DNA of 63,853 nucleotides, counting the filler, from Chrysochromulina tobinii (taxonomy: Eukaryota): NCBI GenBank assembly GCA_001275005.1. It is 6 parts of 6 records of this genome, joined end to end, with 100 filler letters (N's around TTAATTAATTAA, not from the genome) between each part and the next. Parts side by side here need not be neighbours in the genome. Positions count along the whole stretch, not along the records: positions 41,217 to 53,046 come from JWZX01000814.1; positions 53,147 to 59,559 come from JWZX01000818.1; 4 more parts are not named here. The stretch is one strand, 5' to 3'. How positions within the stretch are numbered: the stretch's first letter is position 1; each line of letters opens with the position of its first letter. A program made the position numbers and the translations under genes. Shown piece after piece: positions 41,746-53,634 of the stretch. A model generated the notes under the pieces. That model made no database searches and was not told where the DNA came from. It worked only from the letters and a program-made list of their open reading frames with translations.

Positions 41746-44070
41746 ATGTCGATGCAAGTGTCGTTGACGCTAGTCGTGAGGCCGATCGCGCTAATTCTTC
41801 TATTCGCACCACTCTGCTCGATGGCGGCACCGTCCTGCTCCTCCAGCATTGAGGGCGACTCGACAACCGTGGGCTGCTTTGGGTGGTGCGGCGCGGCGTT
41901 CGCCAGTGAGCATTGCGCGTGGTGCAAATGCCGCGGTTGCCCATTCTGTGCGCAGAACAGCGGTGCTGTGAGCGCCGGTGTGACGCCAGCGCTAGTATCT
42001 GCTGGGACAACTGCCACCTTGGCTGCCGCATGCAAGTCGACCGTTGCCGGCGATTCGGATGCGCCCGATTGCCAGCCCTTTTGCTCTGCTGACTTTGCCT
42101 CCGACCATTGCGAGCTTTGCAAATGCCGAGCGTGTGGCTTCTGTGGATGCACGTCGGAGGCGGCTGACGACGTGTCAGTTGCGCAGTGTCAGGGCTGGTG
42201 CTCGGCCGAGTATGCCGACGTGCATTGCCAGCAGTGCAAGTGCCGCGATTGCCAGTTCTGCAAGCACGGCAGCGTGTGCACGCCGGCGGCACCGGGCGAC
42301 GCAGAGGTGGAGCTCTGTGACACCTTTTGCGATGCCGAGTATGCGAGCTCGCATTGTGGCCTGTGCAAGTGCAAGCACTGCGGCTTTTGCAAGGCGGCAG
42401 CCAGTGCTGCGGCATCCGTGGGTGACGACACGACGACGGTGGGCTCGTCTTCCATCGTGGGAGGCGGTGCTGCAGTTGGAGGCGTTGCTGCAGGTGGTGC
42501 CAGCAGGGCTTGCCATTCGGATGCGCCGATTGGTGTATGGGATTCGGATGTGGAGAAGTGCGAGCCGTTCTGCAGCGCTTCGGAGGCGGACTCGCACTGT
42601 AAGCTCTGCAAGTGCCGCGCCTGTGACCTCTGCCACTGCCACTCGCCCTTTGCTGACGACTCTATCGATGAGGAATGCGAGCCGTGGTGCTCCATCGCCC
42701 AGTGGACGTCTCATTGCCAGCACTGCAAGTGCAAGGCGTGCAACTTCTGCAGGGAGGGCGTCCCATGCGACAAGAAGGGCCCCGACGATAGTGAGATCGA
42801 GAAGTGCGAGAGCTTCTGCAACAAGATGTTCACGTCGACCCACTGTACCATGTGCAAGTGCAAAGGCTGCGCCTTCTGCCGTGGAAAGGTCATTTATCCT
42901 CCGATGCCTCCCTCGCCGCCACGGCCGCCCAAGCCGCCGCCCAAGCCCCTCAACCTTCCCGCACCACTACCAGATCGAGGAGGCGCGCATGGCTCACCGG
43001 AGCCAGCACGCTTCCTCACAGCACCCTCGACAACCTGCGCCTCTGTAGGGCTCACTTGGACGGCACCGTTTGACAAAGGATCACCCATCGATCGGTACGA
43101 AGTGCTGTACAAAGGCCCCTCGGATCTGGCGCCGATCTCCTTCTTCTCGCTCAGTAAAAAGCCGCAAGCTGAGGTGGCCGGCCTCGCGCCCGCCACCACG
43201 TATCAGTTCCGCGTACGCGCACACAACGGCGTGGGATTCGGGATGCTCTCGACGTCCGTCACGGCCACGACGGCGGCGCCTCTCCGACCCCCAGCCGACC
43301 CGATGATCAGTGCCAGCGTCATCGCGTCTGGCGCGGGCGGTGCGGCGTGCGACGTGCTGCAACTCGCGATGCCAGCACTGCGCCCGGGCTGCTCAGGCGA
43401 TGAGTTCCTCGGGCTACAGTGGCGTGAAGCACGCTGGGCTACCATGGGAGCGGAAGAGGATGTCAGCGGCAAAGGCCACACCTCGGGTCCCTCTTCCGCA
43501 TCTGCGGGTTGGGTCGAGTGGAAAGCTGACGACGGGAGCAACCGCGTGCCGTCCGATGGCCCAGTGATTCTCAATGGTCTGTCTGTCTCCTCAGCGTACC
43601 AGGTGCGCGTGCTTGCCTACAACAGCCTCGGTGCCGCATCGAAGGCGTCACCGCCCTCACCGCCCTTTGCGCTCGGCTTGAGCACCGAGGCGATGCTCTT
43701 GCCTCCGGTCGTCAGGGGTGTCTCGTCGTCGATTGTGGACGTCAGTTGGCGAGGTGCGGCCTCCGACTGCCGCCCCCTGCAATCGTGGGAGGTGCTCGTC
43801 AATCGACCTTTAGGCGACGACCCACAGGGATGGACTACCGTGCGGCGCGGAATTGTGGGCTCATCTGTACGCCTCCCCTCAAGCCGATGCCCCCATGGCT
43901 GCCGCTTCCGCGTGCATGCTGAGGGTATCGCTGGTTGGACCATCTACTCGAGCGCATCGAGCGTGGTGACCACACCAGCCGAGCCGTCCACCCCGCCACT
44001 AGCCTGCCGCGTCGAGCTTGCCACTAGCCTGCGAGCCGATCTGGTGGACGCCTGGTTGAACGGCATCGTC

Positions 44071-44105
<35 letters not shown>

Positions 44106-44730
44106 CGACGAGGGTGCGTCGTTCCCTTTCGACGCGTCTGCTGCAGTAGCCGCCTCCACCGCTGTGGTCGCGGCTGCGATGACCACCGGACGCGAGCTGG
44201 CGCTTGGAGTGGCCCTAGCCCTGGGCGTCGACAGCTCACGCGTGCAGCTTGTCTCGACGTACGTCGCCCCCTCGCCTACCGCCAGTGCCGAGTCCGACAT
44301 GACGCCGGTGCAGTTCGTTCTTTTGGACCTCTTGCCGTGCGTCAGCTGCGGCGACAACGAGTTTGGCGACCTGGGCAGCAGCAATAGGAATGGGCGCGGC
44401 AGCCCAGCCCTCCGCACGGCCAACGAGCTTGCAGCACACCTGGCCCAGCTCATTTCAGGCAAGTCACGCGAGCTGTTTGCGCGCTCATCTACACAAGGCA
44501 TTCTACCCTCAGCGGGGCTTGTGCAGGTGCTAGCCGACGGGAGCGCCACCGCACTCTGGTCGACGGACTCAGGCAAGGAGGAGGACAAGGCGCTGCTCTC
44601 GGAGGCACGCATGATCACACTCGCACTCGTGTCGCTCGCTGGGCTGCTCGGCTTCTGCGTCACCACGGCGTCCAGCATGTCCCGCATGAGACAGGCGAGC
44701 GGGGGGTATGGGTTGGTCGAGGTGAACTAG
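41746..44730 (+). CDS. Type I membrane protein: signal peptide, seven 8-Cys repeats, Pro-rich linker, about three FN3 domains, TM, short tail
   Basis: Leader PIALILLFAPLCSMA. Repeats C-x12-C-xx-[WF]C-x7-HC-xx-CKC-xx-C-x-FC. FN3 LTWTAP..YEV..GLAPATTYQFRVRAHN. TM ITLALVSLAGLLGFCV. Confidence 0.88.
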
Positions 44731-44963
44731 GAGGGCTGCATGCCTGCATGTAGACTGAGGAAGGCATTTGACCCAAAGGGGTAGGGGGAGGTATTCCTTC
44801 TGGATTCACACACTATCCCCGCTACCTGATTTTGAAATCGGTGGTTTGACGGGGGAGGACCGCGACGAAACTGACTGGCTAGCACTTTTTCCAAAATAGG
44901 AAGCTTGTGCGCGAAAAGAAAGGATCTCACTCAGTACTCGCGCACACTCTCGAACGACCAGCC

Positions 44964-46112
44964 ATGGAGTACCAGGATCGGATCGTGGCTCGGCTCAAGA
45001 GGCTTCCGCACGAAGCGCTCGTGAGCCTTGTGGCCGATGAGTGCGCAATGGCCGACTACATTCAACGCACCGCGGCAAGCGCCGTCGCAAAACACTTTCC
45101 GATGGCTCGCGAGGTGCTCGTGAGCCTCGTGGCCGAGGCGTGCGTGAAGAGCGACCACGTGCGCCGCGCCGCTGATCGTGCCGCCGCGCAACACGATCCG
45201 GTACCGCAGTGGGCTGTCGACGGGGTCTTAACGTCGCCTGACTTGCTCGTGCCCATCCTGGAATCCTTGGAGTTGCGGCATGGCACTGCTGGATGCGTGT
45301 GTCATGCATGGGCGCAAGTCTGGCAAGCGTTGCCGCTGACGACACGGCGCGCCGTCGGTCTCAAGCCCAATATTCACACGTGGCGTCAGGAGTGGATCGA
45401 CGCGTATGTGGAGAGGGGCCGGATTGAGGGCAAGTCGTGGCCTCGCGCGATGTTCGAAGCGGGCGGCATCAGCTCCGTCGAGGCAATGATTGAGTACTAT
45501 GGAGCTGCCATCCGGTGGAAGGTGTCCATCGGCTGGTCGCTCGAACAGGCTGAGCCATACACAGTGATTAGCGCCTGCCTTGCCGCGCCGCTCGCGGCCG
45601 CTATGCGCGAGCGCTCGCCTCGGTATGCAGCATGTACGCACTCCGTGTGCGATGCGCTCGCTGCACAGGCGAAACGGCTCGACGTGGTCGTCCCTCCTGT
45701 CTACTGCAACCTGACTGGCAAGTTTGGGCTGTCAACCCTCGACCCTAGATGGGAGTTGCTGCAGCAGCCCGGGGCGAGCGTCGGCCTTAGCTTCGTAATC
45801 GACGGCCTCTGTCAAGCTGATTTGCCTGATCTTCAGGTCTTCCCCGACGAGGAGGGCTTCCACGTGCACATGGATTATGGCGATGGTGACGTGTACGAGC
45901 TTCAGGATTCGGACGTGGTGTGCTTCCGAGGCGCCCCGCCCGACGCCGACGGATCATACCACTCGCTCATTCCAATCACCAGCTTCGGATCGCACGCCCT
46001 GCCGCCCCTAGCGACGGTCACGCTCGAGAGCATCCAGCAGCCGGGCGAGTGGGAGGTGTGCGGTCAGCGCGTGCGGCGGCGGCTGCTCACGGTGAGCGTC
46101 ACATATAAGTAG
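44964..46112 (+). CDS. Hypothetical protein with F-box-like segment and C-terminal domain reminiscent of an ADP-ribosyltransferase fold
   Basis: ATG 44964. VLTSPDLLVPILESL..AGCVCHAWAQVW (F-box-like). C-terminal PVYCNL...ALPPLATVTLESI...RRLLTVSVTY. Confidence 0.6.
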   Translation: MEYQDRIVARLKRLPHEALVSLVADECAMADYIQRTAASAVAKHFPMAREVLVSLVAEACVKSDHVRRAADRAAAQHDPVPQWAVDGVLTSPDLLVPILESLELRHGTAGCVCHAWAQVWQALPLTTRRAVGLKPNIHTWRQEWIDAYVERGRIEGKSWPRAMFEAGGISSVEAMIEYYGAAIRWKVSIGWSLEQAEPYTVISACLAAPLAAAMRERSPRYAACTHSVCDALAAQAKRLDVVVPPVYCNLTGKFGLSTLDPRWELLQQPGASVGLSFVIDGLCQADLPDLQVFPDEEGFHVHMDYGDGDVYELQDSDVVCFRGAPPDADGSYHSLIPITSFGSHALPPLATVTLESIQQPGEWEVCGQRVRRRLLTVSVTYK

Positions 46113-46646
46113 GGCCCACAGCGCGCCGGCAGAGCCGCCCGCGGCGTGTGCGGCGGCACATGCTTTGAGTGCATGTGTGTGCATGGGCCCATGCACGCAG
46201 GCACTTGCTGTCATGAGGCATGTGCGGGCTCATGCGACCGTCGCTGAGCACACTCACGTTGTCAAGCGCATTGGTCAAGACGCCAATTTGACATGGAGGG
46301 AGGAGAAGGGAGGAGCAGGAGGGCCTTAGCCAGAGGCACTCGGCCTCGCGTCAGTCACGGGGTCGGAAGTCAGACGAGACGGGCTTCGAGACGGGCCTAG
46401 GTTATATGCAAAATAGCCGCCCGGAAACTAGTGTCGTGCCGTAAGGACTACGAGCTGGAAAAGCGAAGTGATAAGACATAAGTGTGGTACCGCAGCTCGA
46501 AAGAGCAATAGTCGAGTACTAGAGAGTTCTCGAGAGCGCTGCAGGGACGAGGGAGCCGTCGTGTTGGGCCTGTTGCGTGTTCGGTGTTGGTACACAGTAA
46601 AGAGTAATATACACTCGGTGCGTTTGAGAGTACCCTCCCTCCGCGT

Positions 46647-47776
46647 TCACGGCGTGGGTGGGCGTGGGAAGCTATGACCTGGACCGTATCGTTCGATATT
46701 GCAACGGCATGGAGCCCGCCACGCTCCGCCCGAAAGTTTGTACGGCTTGCAGCAATGGAAGCAGAACTTGCAGCCGCATCGACACTCAATCTTGTCACAC
46801 TGCTCGTCGTTCTCCTTGCAAACGCCGTTTCCGCATTGGGGACACGCGCGCACAGATCCGAGGGCCGCACCCTCCGGCACCGACGCATCTGGATCGGGAG
46901 CCGCTGCCGACAACGATGACGCGGCCGACGAGGACAAAGATGACGTCGACAACGAAAAAGTGGAGGCCGTCACTGCTGCCGCCGTCGCTGCCGCCGCCGC
47001 CGTCGCTGCTGCCGACACTGCGCCCTGTGGCTCCATCTTGCGCCTTTTGATCCGTTCTCGCAGTGTCTCGTTTTCCTCCTCGCTGTCTGTGCCATACAGC
47101 AGCACCGGATTGTCGGCTGCACCGCTTGAGGCCGACGACGACGTGGCGTGCGGTGGCACTGGAGGAGCTGGTGAAGCAGCAGCGGCGGCAGCGGCAGCGG
47201 CAGCATGAGGAATTCGAGGAGGAAGAAGAGGAGGAGGGGCCCTCGGGTCTACCAGCTCCACCGTCCGCCTGCCGCCGCGTCCATAGGCCGCGTCCATAGG
47301 CCGTGTTCCAACTCGAAACGGGCGCCGCAGTCAGGCGTTGGACAGTCGACGAGCCGGCCAACCCGCTGAACCAGTCGCTCGGCCCTGATAGAGTGCGCCT
47401 CTTCGCCAAGGATTGCCTTGACGGAGGCATCGTCCAGCGGATTAGAACACGTGAGGCAAAAAGGATCACGGCCCACCTCGTCTTGCGCGCGGATGTGCTG
47501 GCGGTGGCAGACGACACATGCAGGATGCATGCACTGCAAAGACATGACCAGCACAACCTCGTGATCCTTCTCGATTTCAGCGGCACTGCGAGTGCATGCT
47601 GCACAGGTCCAGACCGGTTCATCGCACATTGCACAGGATGTCGCTCCTGGCAAATTCACGTATGTACATTGCGAACATTGACCGAGAGCCCAGACCGGTT
47701 CATCGCACATTGCACAGGATGTCGCTCCTGGCAAATTCACGTATGTACATTGCGAACATAGGCCGAGAACAACCAT
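46647..47776 (-). CDS. RanBP2-ZnF x2 + RING-between-RING (RBR) E3 ligase-like, frame disrupted near 47290 (possible pseudogene or unresolved intron)
   Basis: CSQCTYVN..CAMC twice, RING1 CAAC..CMHPACVVC..CLTC, truncated IBR CPTPDC. RING2 CPQC..QCDKIECRCGCKFCFHC is in a different frame. Confidence 0.7.
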
Positions 47777-47855
47777 CGACACCTCCACGCTTGTCGACCC
47801 TGGACTCCCCCTACACTCGCGACTCAGCAGAAGTGATGCGGATTTTGCGAGCCTG

Positions 47856-47884
47856 TCAAGTCAAGTCAAGTCAAGTCAAGTCAG
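47856..47884. repeat. (CAAGT)n pentanucleotide repeat; another copy at ~25170-25202
   Basis: Directly visible at both sites. Confidence 0.85.
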
Positions 47885-48898
47885 CAAGCCTGACTGCACA
47901 GCCCCTCATTGTGAATGGGGGTTCCCTGCCGAGCGTGTGTCCTGGGGTAATCGGTGAGTCCAGGCGTTCCAAAAATGGGTAGACCGCCAGTTCTTTGACG
48001 CAACTCATCAAGCCGGCCGCGACCGATTCGCGACCCCCGCGCCGACCCCCCGCGCGCCGTACACCCAGATGCTGATCCCAGGATGTGTCGAGGCGACGAT
48101 TCAAGGCCTAGCAGCCGCCCATTTCGGCTGTGTTCGGCTCGTGCTGCCTGAGGTGTCACGCCGTCCGCTGCTGCTGCTGCCACCGGAGCCAGAACCAGAG
48201 CTCCCGCTGCATCGCGTGCATCTGCTGAGGCTTGGCGCCAGCGCGTCAGGCGTCTTAGTCTCCGGCTGGCTTCCAAACCTAGCCGCAGACGGCGTGTTGT
48301 CGAATATACAGCCCGCCACCGCCAATGACGTGCTGCCCGACTTGCTCGCGGCAAACAGTGCGATGCCGGTGATGGCAGTGAGCCTCATGGCAATCATCCT
48401 CGCCATGAGCGCAGGACCGGTTGAGAAGCGCGAGCGCTTCTGATGGGGCGCTCGCCTTCTGCAGGCACATGGTACCCAGAACGATCCCGCTCAGACGATG
48501 CCTCGGTCTCGGTCGGCTCTGATGTCCTAACAACGGTACGGGAAACAGACAGAGTTTTCCGTTAGAGCGTTACCGTCTAGCGTCTTCAGTAGCGAGTAGG
48601 CGGTTTCATACGCACTTTTCACCATATACTGGCAGTAGTCTTCAAGTCTATACCCACCCCACTCACCGCGTTACACACACGGACGAGGGACGTATACATT
48701 ACCAATCGTCCGTTTAGCGATATCGAAGGATGTACACTGTCGACTGAGTCGAGATGTGCTGCCTCCTCGGTCGACAGTCTGTCGCGTGTCCCCGTGACGT
48801 GACAGCACGCGCACGACAGTAGTCGGCTCCACATTTGCGGGGCCTCGGATGCGGGCCTCCCCTCCCTAGGGGGGCACAAGACAGGTCTAGTGTCACTG

Positions 48899-49492
48899 TT
48901 AGATGCGCATCGAGTCTTGGTCGTCGGCGAGCTCAGAGGGCCCAGGCCCATCGGCAAGCGCCATTGACAAGCGCCGCCGAGCTCTTTGAAACGGTGAGAC
49001 TCGGGGGCTCGCAGCCTCCGGCGCAACGTCCGCGTCGGTGGTAGCGGCGGCCGCAGCCACCTTCGGCAGCGGGCTAGCTGCCACAACGGCGCTCCGCTCC
49101 AGGCCTCCGCCCTCGGCGACATCGGCGACAGTCTCAGCCTCGAGTGACGAGCCGGCAGTGAAGCGAGAGGGGGGTCGGCGCCCGTCTGGGCGAGGGCGTG
49201 GTGGGCGAGCCAGGAAAGAGGACAGCTCCCGCCGCCTATCCGCGGCATGCGCTTCCATAAGTGCGTCGTGCGCCGTGCTTGCCCCGACGCCATCCATGCT
49301 CAACACGACGCCATCCGTGCTCAACACGACGCTATCCGTGCTTGCCCCGACCGATGCTCAACACGACGCCATCCGCGCCGGCCGTGCTGGCACCGCCGGC
49401 CGTGCCAGCACCGCCGCCGCCCATGCTGCTGCTGCTGCTGCCGCCGCCGCCGCCGCCCATGCTGCTGCTGCTGCCGCCGCCCATGCTGCTGC

Positions 49493-49529
<37 letters not shown>

Positions 49530-52382
49530 CGCCGCTGCGCCGATGTCGGATGCCTCTTCCAGGCTGCCACCGACGGCCGCGGCTTGAGCCGCCTGAGACG
49601 TCGCGTGACGCTTCGCTTTCTGGCGGCGTGCGCGCTCGAGGGCGGCCGAGGGCGGCCGTGCGCAGGCGGAGGCGGAGGCGCAGATGGAGGCGGAGGTAGA
49701 GGTGGAGGCGGAGATGGAGGTGGAGGCGGAGGTAGAGGTGGAGGCGGAGGTGGAGGCGGAGGCGGAGGTAGAGGTGGAGGCGGAGGTAGAGGAGGCGGAG
49801 GCGCAGATGGAGGCGGAGGTAGAGGCGGAGGCGGGGATCGCCCGAGCGAGTATCGTACTGGCAGCGAGTGGTGTGCCGTCGGCCGTCACAGCAACAGCCG
49901 AGGCCGCGATGGAACGCGCAAGGAGGGCGGGCATCGTGTCGGGCGTCGTGTCGGGCGTCGCTTCGGCTCTTGCCGTCGCCGTGCGAACCGCCACGTCATC
50001 GGTGTTCGGCGCTGTGGAGAGCGCCACGTCCTCGGTGCTCGGCGCTGTGGTGAGCGCCACGTCCTCGGCGACCGGCGCTGTGGTGAGTGCCATGTCCTCG
50101 GTGCTCGGCGCTGTGGTGAGCGCCATAGCCCCGTGGGATGCGATGAGCGCCAAGTCATCGGTGTCCGGCGCTGTGGTGAGCGCCATAGCCCCGTGGGATG
50201 CGATGAGCGACGGCGCCGTATTGAGGGTTGGCGCCGTGAGGTGCGATGGGGGCAACATGCGCGCGTCGGCATCGTCCGGTGCGACCGCGGGCAGCTGAGG
50301 TGTAGCAGAGGGGGGGGCGTCCGAGGCGTCCGAGGAGGAGCCATGAGAGACTCCCGCGGGCAGCTCTGAGGGCGACTGTGCCTCGTGTGGGCTCCTCGGA
50401 GATGGGCACCTCGCTCGAGATTGCAGCTCCGAAAAAGCAGCTCCGATGGCAGCAGATTGCAGCTCCGAGTTCGTCCCTCGAGATTGCAGCTCCGAAAAAG
50501 CAGCTCCGATGGCAGCAGATTGCAGCTCCGAGTTCGCCGGCGGCGAGGCTGCCTTCGTGCGCTGGGGTGCGTGCTCGGACTGCAACACTGGAGAGGGTGG
50601 CTGGAGCGAGAGAGAGATGGCAAGTGCCAATTGCAACTCTGCATCTGCATCTGCGTCTGCGTCCGCTTCATCCGCCGCCGCCGCCACCATCGCCGCCGCC
50701 GCTGCCATCGCCACCTTACCCGCGATGACGGCGGCGGCGATGGTGGGCGCGGTGTCCGTGGAACCTGCTGCGAGGATCATGCCCTCTTTCGCCTTCCCCT
50801 CCTTCGCTTTGCCTTCCTTGGCCTTCGTCTCTTTGGCCGCGTGCCACGCGCTCACCACAGCGCTCACCTCTTCCTCGTCCCAGTCGGAGCCCGCAAAGGC
50901 GCCCGCGCCCACCGCCGCCTTCTCCTCGTCGCTCCCATAAGCCGGCACCACGTAGGCGTCATACGCGGCCAATGGCTCGGTCGAGATCTCATCCTCGGCG
51001 TACTCAGCCGCTTCCTCGGCGGCACGTTGCGCCTCCGCGGCAAGAGAGACTTGCGCCGCCTCCGCCGCCGCCGCGGCCGCCGCCGCCGCCTCCTGCTGCG
51101 CGCGCCGTGTCGAGCGCATGCTGAACGAGAGCGACTTGCTGAACGAGGGAGACGACGATCTAAATAAGGAAGGCGACGACGAGCCAAATAAGGAAGGCGA
51201 CGACGAGCCGAAAGACGCGGACCTCGTGACATCTCGCTTGGGGGAGGGCGGCGCGGCGGCGGGAGAGGTGGCACCAACACCGCAGGTGGCGCCGTCGTGG
51301 GCGCCAATACCGCCGGTGGCGCCGGCGCCATCCGAGTCGGCGCCCACGACGGCGCCCACGCCCACTGCGATGCCACCCGAGGCGCTGCCGGCCGAGTCCG
51401 CGCCCGCTACGGCGCGCAACACGATGACCACGCCCACCTCCTCGTGCTCCGCCGCCCAGTGGCCGTCCGGAGAGCGAGCAGTCGACTCGCGCGTCGACGG
51501 CTCTCGCGAGCTTCGTGAGCATTCTCTCTTCCACACACGCGCGTCGACGGCTCTCGCGAGCTTCGTGAGCTTCGTGAGCATTCTCTCTTCCACACACGCG
51601 AGCAGTCGACACACGCGTAGGCGCTTGATGGCGCCTTCGAGCTCGGCCTCGGACATTGTCCGCTCGCGGACGAGCAGCCGCAATACGTTCGGATTGCCAT
51701 CCATCAGCTCGACGGCCGTGCGGTGGTCGGGCGCGAGGTTGTCATCGATGGCGAGCACGATGTCGCCCATCGAGAGCGCCTGCGCGGCGAGGCCGCCGGG
51801 CACGAGCTTGCCGACGACGACGCCGCTGCCGTGCGGGTTGTTGAACACGGTGACGCCCAGCTCGCAGCAGATCCCAGGCTTGACGATCTCGACCATCCGC
51901 GTGTCGTTGGGCAGCACCAGCTCGACGATGTCCTCGGCGTCGACGAGCTCGATTGCTTGCGCGTGACTCCTCACGAGCGTGCCGTTCACCGAGAGCACGG
52001 TGTCGCCAACGCACACGCCCGCGTCCGCCGCGGGCGACCCGTCGACCACCATGGCCACCTCAACGCCCACGCCGCAGGTCGGCTGTCGGCACGTTTCGAT
52101 GCCCACGCAGCCGTGCGCCTTGTTAAGGACCACCTTGCGCGTGGCGCACGCGAGGCGGAGCTGCAGCACGTCGGCGCTCTGGTCGATGTGCTTGATGCAC
52201 TCCTTGGATGTGGACACTGGGTAGTGGTTGACCGACACGATGAGATCGCCGACGCGCAGGCCGGCGGCGGCGGCGGTGGAGGCTTCGACGAGGCCGACGA
52301 CGAGCGCACCCTTGCGCTTCGGGTGGTTCTCGCATGTGAGCCCGAGCCGCCCAGACGACTTGGTGACGATGATCGTGGTCAT
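48899..52382 (-). CDS. Protein with three N-terminal PDZ domains, a UIM-like motif and long low-complexity/repeat tail (3' exon structure uncertain)
   Basis: ATG 52382. GRLGL..AGLRVGDLIVSVN, CVGI..GSPAADAGVCVGDTVLSVNG, ELGV..LSMGDIVLAID. DAELQLALAISL. The main ORF stops at 49332 and may splice to ORF 48899-49327. Confidence 0.75.
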
Positions 52383-53046
52383 CCGTGCGAGCCTCCATTC
52401 TTGACGAATTCTTGGCGGAATTCTTGTCGCACGCGCGCTGAGTGTGGGCTTCGCATGCAAGAGGGGGAAAAGGGGGAAGGGGGTGAGGAATATTTCGTCG
52501 ATAGGTGAGGATTGAAAGCAGGGCTGCCGCACGTGATCACCCCTTGTGATCACCGTGGCCCCAACGGCACAAGCCCGTCGAACTCGCAGGGTCTCGGGCC
52601 CCTGGCGCAAGCCATCTTGGGCCTCGAAGAGCTCGATGGCCCATGAGCTCCGGTTTTGCCGAGTCAGCACTCAGTGGCAGGCTCGCCTGCAGGGCGCCAG
52701 GTTGGAGTGCCCGCTTTCGATGGTCATACAATGGTCATACAGGAAGTCAGAGACGGTGAACTCTGTGACGCCGAGGCGGCGGGCGAGGACGTGCTTGCCA
52801 AGGGCCGACGCTGCTTGTAGCCGAGCCGTCTCGTTTCTCAAATCAGCCAGCTCAGATGGCGTGTGCAGCGGGCCGAGCGCGACTAGGGCAAGGGCGAAAT
52901 GCGGCGCGGAGCCCAGTAACGCGTGGACGCAGCTGGGCCAAACGCGGCGAGAAAGGGACCATACCACACACAATGCACTCAGCATTTTCTGTTTGACGTA
53001 GAAACAGGCAGATCTGAAAGCACTCAGCATTTGAATGCACTCAACA

Positions 53047-53146
53047 NNNNNNNNNNNNNNNNNNNNNNNNNNNNNNNNNNNNNNNNNNNNTTAATTAATT
53101 AANNNNNNNNNNNNNNNNNNNNNNNNNNNNNNNNNNNNNNNNNNNN
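53047..53146. other. Artificial contig linker
   Basis: N44-TTAATTAATTAA-N44. Confidence 0.99.
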
Positions 53147-53240
53147 CAATGATAGCAACGTGATATGTAAGGATATATAATGATATCTTGTATCGAAAAG
53201 AGCCTATTCTTGTATCGAAAAAAACCCCAATCCCCATGCA
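53147..53240 (-). repeat. AT-rich dispersed repeat end, homologous (reverse complement) to 62751-62820
   Basis: Reverse complement reads CATGGGGATTGGGGTTTTTTTCGATACAAGAATAGGCTCTTTTCGATACAAGATATCATTATATATC, versus CACGGGATTGGGGGAGTTTTCTATACAAGAAAAGGGAATTTTCTATACAAGATATCATTATATATC at 62751. Confidence 0.75.
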
Positions 53241-53634
53241 GGATACGTATCTCTGGGGTTACGGGGACTATGGGAATGTATCGATGCCATCATCGTTCCA
53301 TCATCGTGTGTGCAGCGCACCTATCAGGCCTCCCATTTGCTCCTTGTGTTGTCACTTGTGTTGTTGTGGGTCTTCTCCAGCACCCTGCAGCTCCTCCACA
53401 TCTCGTCGATAGCCGCTGAGTCGCCATGACTTCTGTGTGTCATAGGCTGCCACTCGAGGCGCCTGTGTCGGGCTCGACAGACTGCCCGGGCGACGATCTA
53501 GCAACGATCCTTTGTCATACCTTTGTCAGTGCAGTCTAGGCTGCTAGAATCACTCCGCCGTGAGGGCCGCAGCCAGACGGCTGCGGGCCACTCATCGCAC
53601 AGCGTACATACATGTACACGCACGATCCATTCCT

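Noticed and set aside
48069..48443. 124-aa ORF as a small gene
   Set aside because: No recognisable motif, and competing ORFs on both strands are equally plausible.
52671..53030. Short - strand ORF at contig end
   Set aside because: Truncated context and no recognisable domain.
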